Of a stretch of 64,000 bases of DNA, positions 58,206-64,000 are shown one piece after another. The position numbers were made by a program, and so were the translations under genes. Origin of the DNA: an uncultured delta proteobacterium (lineage in GTDB: Bacteria > Desulfobacterota > Desulfomonilia > UBA1062). Under the pieces are notes generated by a model. The model did no database searches and had not been told where the DNA came from. It saw nothing but the letters and a program-made list of their open reading frames with translations. The stretch covers positions 384,001 through 448,000 of the forward strand of contig CAWAUM010000005.1 in assembly GCA_963785235.1 (NCBI GenBank). The letters are read 5' to 3'. Numbering within the stretch: position 1 is the stretch's first letter; each line of letters starts with the position of its first letter.

Positions 58206-60107
58206 CTAAAAACTCACCTTTGCCGCAAACCGGTATGTTCTCCCTTGAACAGGATACCAGGAAGTACCCCAAGAAGATTTGTACACGTATTCTGGAGATC
58301 GGTCATCCAGAAGATTATCCACCTTGAAGGAGATTGTAGCTTCCTTGCTCACCTCGAGCAAGGCACCGGCATTCACGATGTAACGGTTATCGGTACGCTC
58401 TGTGTTGGCGTTGTCCTCGTATGTGCCTTGCCGGAACTGATATGAAAGAGAAAACGTCGCATTTCTGCCTGCAATTTCCGGCAAATAATCCGCCTGGACA
58501 TTGAGCACTTGAGAAGGCTTCTGACCGAGATCTTTCCCTTTGTATGGACCGCTTTCAAAGGTATTGTGACTCAGGATGTAATTAGTCGAAATTTTAACCA
58601 AGCTTATGGGTGCTACCCATGCATTTGCCTCCATGCCGGATGATTTGGCCTTATTGACGTTTACATAGGTAAATGTGTCGGCTGTAGGGTAATCAGCCTT
58701 AATGAGGTCTGAATAAGTGGTAAGGAAATAGTCCATGCTAAAGCCATAGGTGTTCATGGAAATGCATGGGCCGATGTCAAAGCTGAATGAATGCTCGGGC
58801 TTGAGATCCGGATTAGCAATGAAGGTGCTGCCCGGCCATGAAGGGGCATATAGCTTGCCCATATCGGGCACAAGATATCCGGTGCCCGCATTGGTCTTGA
58901 GCTGTAGATGGTCGAAGACCTTCCATGCAGCGCCTGCATGGTATGACCATTGGTCATTGAAATCCGAGTTATTGTCATATCTGCCTGTTAACTCGAGAAA
59001 AACCGGCTGAAAATCCATACAGGCTGATAAGGAACCGGTGCCGGTGCTGCGTGAGTGTATACCGTAATCGTCGCTGCTCATTCTCTCATTAAGATATTCC
59101 ATACCCGGGGTCAGTGTGACAAAACCAAATTTGCCTGAATAAGATACAGAAAGATTTTTGTTTGTAAGTTTTGTCGTATTATTACCCGAAGATGGTCTCT
59201 CGTTATGGATTCTGTCGGACAAAATCCATGCGCGGGCATTGAACGTTTGATCCTGGGCAAAGGCCTTTTTGGTTTCGAAAAGGATCGTGTTCTGGATAGT
59301 GTCAGTTCTGTCATCAGGTGTAATGTAGCCGGGTTCGGCCCCAGGCGACCCCTTGGACTGGTCGATGAAGTTGCCTGTAACGGAGCTCTTCCAGTCCTGT
59401 TCACCAAAAACGGCCTTGATGAGGCCCGTGGTGTTTTTTATGTCGTTGTTTTCCCTTCGTGTCCATGTGCCGTCATCTTTTTTGTAACGGAAGTCATTGT
59501 CTGCAAAGGCATGGGTGAGGTTAGCCAGGATACCCACCTGGCCGGCATGGGTGCTTACATGGCCGTGATAGAGGCCGTATCCATAGGTCCCCTGGGATGA
59601 GTAAAGATTGTATTCATCCATGGGAGAGGGGTTCTCTGTAACGAGGTTGATGACCCCCCCCATGGCCGAGTTACCGAAGGCTGCACTGTTGCTGCCTTTG
59701 ATAATCTCAATCCGGTCTAGGTCAGGAAGCATAAATTGCGAAAGGTCTACCATATCTCCTGTAATTGGATTGAGCGGTATGCCATCAAGGGTGATGAGGG
59801 TCTGCCGGTAGCTGGAACCGCGCAGTGTTACCGGGGATGTTGTGGCTCCGCCGTAGTCGGAGAGGTCAACCGATGCTGCCTTGCGGAGCGCCTCACTCGT
59901 ATCGATGAGGCCTGAGGATTCAGGTCCCGGGATGACTATATCGGTAAATGCAGTGGGCGCCTTTTTCGTTGCCGAATCCTTGTCCTTGCTTCCCATTGTG
60001 GGAGTGACAACGATGAGGATGTCTGAAGCTGCCTGGATGGAGCTGTTCATGAATGCTATAGCAATGAGGATTGAAGCAAGGAGCCGGGATACTTTGTGAT
60101 AGTCCAT
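58206..60107 (-). CDS. btuB: TonB-dependent receptor, BtuB-like cobalamin transporter
   Basis: Signal peptide; plug (LRG..LITLDG, RIEIIKG..A.FG..AMGGVINL); NPDLKPE; C-terminal GR....F; riboswitch upstream; SD GGAGGTG. Confidence 0.88.
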   Translation of the reverse strand: MDYHKVSRLLASILIAIAFMNSSIQAASDILIVVTPTMGSKDKDSATKKAPTAFTDIVIPGPESSGLIDTSEALRKAASVDLSDYGGATTSPVTLRGSSYRQTLITLDGIPLNPITGDMVDLSQFMLPDLDRIEIIKGSNSAAFGNSAMGGVINLVTENPSPMDEYNLYSSQGTYGYGLYHGHVSTHAGQVGILANLTHAFADNDFRYKKDDGTWTRRENNDIKNTTGLIKAVFGEQDWKSSVTGNFIDQSKGSPGAEPGYITPDDRTDTIQNTILFETKKAFAQDQTFNARAWILSDRIHNERPSSGNNTTKLTNKNLSVSYSGKFGFVTLTPGMEYLNERMSSDDYGIHSRSTGTGSLSACMDFQPVFLELTGRYDNNSDFNDQWSYHAGAAWKVFDHLQLKTNAGTGYLVPDMGKLYAPSWPGSTFIANPDLKPEHSFSFDIGPCISMNTYGFSMDYFLTTYSDLIKADYPTADTFTYVNVNKAKSSGMEANAWVAPISLVKISTNYILSHNTFESGPYKGKDLGQKPSQVLNVQADYLPEIAGRNATFSLSYQFRQGTYEDNANTERTDNRYIVNAGALLEVSKEATISFKVDNLLDDRSPEYVYKSSWGTSWYPVQGRTYRFAAKVSF

Positions 60108-60171
60108 TTGGACACCTCCATGGAATATTCCCTTGGAGTCTCCACCCAGGCACGCGGGTGTAGTCCGGACT

Positions 60172-60322
60172 ACGGATAGGTCTTCTGGCTTACGGATCAT
60201 AGAGGCGGCCTTGCCTTCCCGCATATGCAGTGGCGTGCATCGGCCTTCCCTCCCCGTTCACAGCGGCGGCCCCACCCCGGAATTTCACCGGGTTCCCTTG
60301 AATCCGCAGCAGGGTTTGCGAT
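60172..60322 (-). ncRNA. Cobalamin riboswitch
   Basis: - strand AAGGGAA-CCCGGTGAAATTCCGG..CCGCCGCTGT..GCCACTG..GGGAAGG..AAGCCAGAAGACC (B12 box); boundaries approximate. Confidence 0.92.
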
Positions 60323-60379
60323 CAATATCAGATGGTATATGGACTGTCAATATCTGAAGCGGCTGATACAATTTGCCTC

Positions 60380-60408
60380 TTGCCCTTCCGAAAATAATCT
60401 GCTATATA
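60380..60408 (+). promoter_or_regulatory. sigma70-type promoter for the aroF leader
   Basis: TTGCCC-17 bp-TATATA with TG at the extended -10 position; ATG 6 nt downstream. Confidence 0.5.
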
Positions 60409-60414
60409 CAGGTT

Positions 60415-60486
60415 ATGATTACAGTTTCAGCACACAGTTTTTATGGCTATTATTTTTGGTTTAGGAAGTGGCCGCCTGTGGGCTGA
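60415..60486 (+). CDS. Aromatic-rich attenuator leader peptide MITVSAHSFYGYYFWFRKWPPVG
   Basis: 23 codons; 8 aromatic residues in codons 9-19; directly before terminator and aroF. Confidence 0.8.
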   Translation: MITVSAHSFYGYYFWFRKWPPVG

Positions 60487-60505
60487 GCTGTTCGTAATCG
60501 AACAC

Positions 60506-60545
60506 AAAGGCTGTGGGTGGTCACCTTCCCACGGCCTTTTCATTT
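60506..60545 (+). terminator. Attenuator (intrinsic terminator) hairpin
   Basis: AAAGGCTGTGGG/CCCACGGCCTTT followed by TCATTT; overlaps an alternative antiterminator pairing. Confidence 0.8.
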
Positions 60546-60595
60546 GTGGCCTCCAGGAAGTGACACACACGGCATAAAAAGTTAAGGAGGCTAGT

Positions 60596-61615
60596 GTGAT
60601 CATTTCAATGAAAAAGAGTGCCACTCAAGAACAGATCGACCATGTCAAGATCCTTATCGAGTCATTCGGATACCGGGTTCACGAGAGCATAGGATCGGAA
60701 AGGGTAGTCTTCGGGGCTATCGGCGACGAGAGAGGCAAAGAGAGGCTCACATGCCTCGAAGCACAGCCTGGCGTTGAGAAGGTTATCCGCATACTCACCC
60801 CATACAAGCTTGCTTCCCGCGAAACCAAGCCGGAGTCCACCATTGTTGACATTGGAATGGGCGTAAAGGTCGGCAACCACCGCATTGCCATCTTTGCCGG
60901 TCCATGCGCAGTAGAATCAAGAGAACAGATCATGGAAGTGGCCAAGACAATCAAAGAAAGTGGCGGTCATATATTGAGGGGTGGTGCCTTCAAACCGCGG
61001 ACCTCTCCATACGCCTTTCAAGGTTTGAAGAATGACGGTCTCTTGCTCCTGTCTCAGGCAAGGGAGGAATACGGGATCCCCGTTGTGACCGAGGTCATGG
61101 ACATTGCAAGCATTGAGGTTATCCTGGAGAATGCTGACTGCCTTCAGATCGGAGCCAGAAACATTCAGAATTTCCAGCTTCTTAAGGAAGTGGGTAAGAC
61201 AAACAAGCCGATATTGCTCAAGCGAGGCATGTCTACAACCATCGAAGAGTTACTCATGTCAGCCGAATACGTGATGGCCGCAGGCAACAGCCAGGTTATT
61301 CTCTGCGAGCGTGGAATCCGTACCTTTGAGACAGCAACACGCAATACCCTGGATCTCTCTGCCGTGCCTGTTCTGAAGGAGAAAACCCATTTGCCCGTCA
61401 TCGTAGACCCATCACATGGTACCGGACATGCCCGCTATGTGGAGGCCATGTCGTATGCTGCTATCGCTGCTGGAGCTGACGGGCTCATGATCGAGGTCCA
61501 TCCGAAACCCGAAGAGGCACTGTCAGACGGTCCCCAGTCCTTACGGCCTCAAGAGTTCAAAAAGGTCATGGATGGAATCAAGCTCATTGCACAGGCTGTG
61601 GGCAGGGATATATGA
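60596..61615 (+). CDS. aroF: DAHP synthase, type I-beta with N-terminal regulatory domain
   Basis: [51 protein letters not shown]. Confidence 0.96.
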   Translation: MIISMKKSATQEQIDHVKILIESFGYRVHESIGSERVVFGAIGDERGKERLTCLEAQPGVEKVIRILTPYKLASRETKPESTIVDIGMGVKVGNHRIAIFAGPCAVESREQIMEVAKTIKESGGHILRGGAFKPRTSPYAFQGLKNDGLLLLSQAREEYGIPVVTEVMDIASIEVILENADCLQIGARNIQNFQLLKEVGKTNKPILLKRGMSTTIEELLMSAEYVMAAGNSQVILCERGIRTFETATRNTLDLSAVPVLKEKTHLPVIVDPSHGTGHARYVEAMSYAAIAAGADGLMIEVHPKPEEALSDGPQSLRPQEFKKVMDGIKLIAQAVGRDI

Positions 61616-61659
61616 TAGGCTTGCAATTTGCCGGGTGAATCACTACTATAGGCTATAGT

Positions 61660-62187
61660 ATGGGATACTTCATGCCCCAACATAGAAACACACTGGTGTA
61701 TGGATCATTCCTTGCGGAAGGAATAGTCCGCAAGGAATTGGATTGGAATGTTGCAGGTGTGTACGACATCCAGACCCTGGCCGAATCCATGACGCATAAA
61801 TATAAAGGCGGTATCTTTGCCCAGCTCATGATTGTAAAGCCCGAAAAGGCTACCGCCCACCACCATTACCGGGTGTGTCTGCATGATTCTGAAATTTTAA
61901 GCTTTGTAGAAAAAAACCCCCAGGTTGACATGCTTTCTTTTATCACCTTCATCATGACGCATGAGCTTGTGCATATACAACGTTTCGCCACGGGTAAAGC
62001 CGACTTCTATGGAACCACGGGCGAAGAAGAGGTGGTGGTGGATACCCTGACCCGCCTCTTTCTTGCCAAGAACCCGGTGACCGGCCTGAAAAAGGTCCTC
62101 GCCGTCCTTGACAAAATGGAGGCAGCGCCACTATATAACGAACACATTGTGAACAATCAAGGGAGGTTTATCCGTGCCTATCTATGA
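61660..62187 (+). CDS. Hypothetical protein with HExxH motif
   Basis: THELVH in a helical context; overlaps the next gene. Confidence 0.7.
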   Translation: MGYFMPQHRNTLVYGSFLAEGIVRKELDWNVAGVYDIQTLAESMTHKYKGGIFAQLMIVKPEKATAHHHYRVCLHDSEILSFVEKNPQVDMLSFITFIMTHELVHIQRFATGKADFYGTTGEEEVVVDTLTRLFLAKNPVTGLKKVLAVLDKMEAAPLYNEHIVNNQGRFIRAYL

Positions 62188-62449
62188 GTATAAGTGTTTG
62201 AAGTGCCTGAATGAATTCGAGGCAATGCAGAAGTTCAGCGACTCTCCGCTAAAGAAATGCCCGTCCTGTGGGGGGGGTGTCAAGAGGCTCATCTCCAGGT
62301 CTTCATTCCAATTAAAGGGATCCGGCTGGTACCTCACGGACTATGCCAAAAAGAGTTCACCCCAAGATTCTAATGAAAGTAAAAGCACTACAGAGACATC
62401 CTCTGGAGAAACCCCGTCTCCTGCTCCAACAACGAAAAGTGAAGACTAG
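62174..62449 (+). CDS. FmdB family zinc-ribbon regulatory protein
   Basis: MPIYEYKC..C...[19 protein letters not shown]. Confidence 0.92.
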   Translation: MPIYEYKCLKCLNEFEAMQKFSDSPLKKCPSCGGGVKRLISRSSFQLKGSGWYLTDYAKKSSPQDSNESKSTTETSSGETPSPAPTTKSED

Positions 62450-62458
62450 GTTCAATCC

Positions 62459-62935
62459 ATGGCCCTGACGCATCTTGATAAAAAGGGCCGTGTCACCATG
62501 GTGGACGTGGATGAAAAGATCGTAACAAGGCGTGTCGCCAAGGCCACAGGGACTATCAAGCTGAGCGCCACAGCCTTTAGCGCCGTTACAACCGATTCTG
62601 TCAAAAAGGGTAATGTCCTTGCCACTGCAAAGATCGCCGGTATCATGGCGGCAAAAAACACCTGTAACATTATACCCCTTTGTCATCCCCTACCCATTGA
62701 CCATATAGAGATCGAATTTCACCTCGATAAAAAAACATCGACCATTAAAGCGCAATCCACGGTGAAGGTATCAGGCAAGACCGGCGTGGAGATGGAGGCA
62801 CTGCATGCCGTAGGGGTGGCCTTGCTCACCATTTATGATATGGTGAAGGCTATTGACAAAACTATGGTCATTGGAGAAATTAGGCTTGAAGAGAAGTCTG
62901 GTGGCAGGAGCGGTACATATAAAAGGGCGTTATAA
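62459..62935 (+). CDS. moaC: Cyclic pyranopterin monophosphate synthase MoaC
   Basis: LTH..G...MVDV, KGNVL..AKIAGIMAAK, IPLCH, TGVEMEAL, YDM.KA, KSGG. Confidence 0.97.
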   Translation: MALTHLDKKGRVTMVDVDEKIVTRRVAKATGTIKLSATAFSAVTTDSVKKGNVLATAKIAGIMAAKNTCNIIPLCHPLPIDHIEIEFHLDKKTSTIKAQSTVKVSGKTGVEMEALHAVGVALLTIYDMVKAIDKTMVIGEIRLEEKSGGRSGTYKRAL

Positions 62936-62941
62936 AAGCAT

Positions 62942-62970
62942 GGAGGGGCGGACATAAAATCCGCCCCTCC
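62942..62970. terminator. Hairpin between convergent moaC and OmpA-family gene
   Basis: GGAGGGGCGGA-cataaaa-TCCGCCCCTCC. Confidence 0.65.
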
Positions 62971-63023
62971 CTATCTCGTTAACAAGTCAAGTCATTCAGT
63001 TCTGATAACTGGTCATTGATCCA

Positions 63024-63689
63024 TTACTGTGTCAGCGGGGTAAGCTGAATTTCTACGCGGCGGTTCTGGGAACGGCCTTCTGCTGTATCATTGCTCGCAA
63101 TAGGACGTGACTTACCGAAACCCTGGGTAACAACACGCCGTGAATCGATCCCCTGGGATGTCAGGTAGTTCCCCACACTGGCTGCCCTGCGCTCGGACAA
63201 AGGCTGGTTGATTGCATCGCTGCCCGTGCTGTCGGTATGGCCAGCGATATCGATGAGGGTCTTATCATACTCTTTCACTACAAGCGCCACCGAGCTAAGG
63301 ACATTGTAGAAATTTGCATTAATATCCGCGCTGTTGGTCTGGAAGGTTATATTGCCCGGCATGTTCAGGATAATATTTTCACCCTGCCTGGTAACACTTA
63401 CTCCCGATCCCTGGAGTTTCTGTCGGAGTTTGGTCTCCTGCTGATCCATATAGTACCCGACAGCGCCGCCTGAAAGGGCGCCTACACCTGCACCGATGAG
63501 CATCCCCTTGCGGCGATCCTTATGACCGGTTACTGCGGCGCCAACTGCTGCACCACCGACACCCCCGATTATGCTGCCCCAGGCGGTCTTGCTCATTTTC
63601 TGCTCACCCGTATAAGGATCGGTGGCGCAGCCTTGTGCTAAAAAGACCACTGCCAGGACGATGATTATGCCATATGAAAGATTATGCAT
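63024..63689 (-). CDS. OmpA family lipoprotein with glycine zipper (YiaD-like)
   Basis: Lipobox AQGC, Gly zipper, YMDQQE, GHTDSTG, LSERRA, NRRVEI. Confidence 0.92.
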   Translation of the reverse strand: MHNLSYGIIIVLAVVFLAQGCATDPYTGEQKMSKTAWGSIIGGVGGAAVGAAVTGHKDRRKGMLIGAGVGALSGGAVGYYMDQQETKLRQKLQGSGVSVTRQGENIILNMPGNITFQTNSADINANFYNVLSSVALVVKEYDKTLIDIAGHTDSTGSDAINQPLSERRAASVGNYLTSQGIDSRRVVTQGFGKSRPIASNDTAEGRSQNRRVEIQLTPLTQ

Positions 63690-63798
63690 TGTCTAGTCTC
63701 CTTTTTTCTTAATAGTTATCGGGTAATGATTATATCCAATTGTCAGTATTTCACCATGGTTATTTTATACATATCATAATTGGGTTTTCAAGTTGGTT

Positions 63799-64000
63799 TC
63801 AAGAAGTTTTCTGATTATTGAAAGGTTTGTGTTGTGATAGACTCAGTAGGGAGGCATCCACCTCTTTGATTATCCTTTCATATACCTGCTCCCGGCCGAG
63901 GCTTGTATCAATGATTCGATGGCGATGAGTGCAGGATATCCGGAGAAAGGCATCCCTGATCCTTAGATGATACTCCTGTCCCCTGTGTTCGAACCGGTCA
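63799..64000 (-). CDS. tmk: Thymidylate kinase, 3' end (partial)
   Basis: - strand reads DRFEHRGQEYHLRIRDAFL..IIDTSLGREQVYERI, typical of the dTMP kinase C-terminus. Confidence 0.7.
   Translation of the reverse strand, partial: DRFEHRGQEYHLRIRDAFLRISCTHRHRIIDTSLGREQVYERIIKEVDASLLSLSQHKPFNNQKTS

Noticed and set aside
60108-60224. N-terminal extension of btuB given by the ORF track
   Set aside because: Overlaps the riboswitch; the true start is ATG 60107 with GGAGG SD and signal peptide
62270-62278. G8 tract in the FmdB gene as a phase-variation site
   Set aside because: Encodes the ordinary CGGG after the zinc knuckle in a small cytoplasmic protein; no supporting context

Overview
Chromosomal DNA of an anaerobic delta-proteobacterial (Desulfobacterota-like) organism, inferred from gene content. 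1-14.6 kb is a block of housekeeping genes, nearly all on the + strand (ligA end, acyP, rpsF-rpsR-DUF2232-rplI-dnaB, an atypical RpoH-like sigma factor on the - strand, rlmD, nadK-recN, argA, pmbA, secA-argJ). It ends at a canonical XerCD dif-like site (14695-14722), probably the replication terminus. A ~20 kb accessory patch follows: an FAD reductase, cell-wall enzymes, O2/redox genes, an AOR-MoaD-ThiF-radical SAM operon, a cassette-like GNAT, a PAS kinase and a 14-repeat beta-propeller surface protein. Next come mutL-miaA, a perfect 70-bp palindrome, ttcA-yciO-rng, a large FN3/Ig lipoprotein beside tRNA-Val(CAC), an acyl-CoA ligase cluster and the aroC-aroKB-aroQ-pepQ-efp-accB operon. The window ends with a cobalamin-riboswitch-controlled btuB, aroF, moaC, an OmpA lipoprotein and the 3' end of tmk. 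The most notable unannotated signal is an apparently leaderless 23-aa peptide (MITVSAHSFYGYYFWFRKWPPVG; 3 Phe, 3 Tyr, 2 Trp). It has a mutually exclusive antiterminator/terminator pair directly upstream of DAHP synthase, so it is a candidate attenuator sensing all three aromatic amino acids. Three genes carry single-base frameshifts that are probably sequencing errors. No CRISPR array, integrase, transposase or prophage was seen. All calls come from reading motifs by eye, with no database searches.
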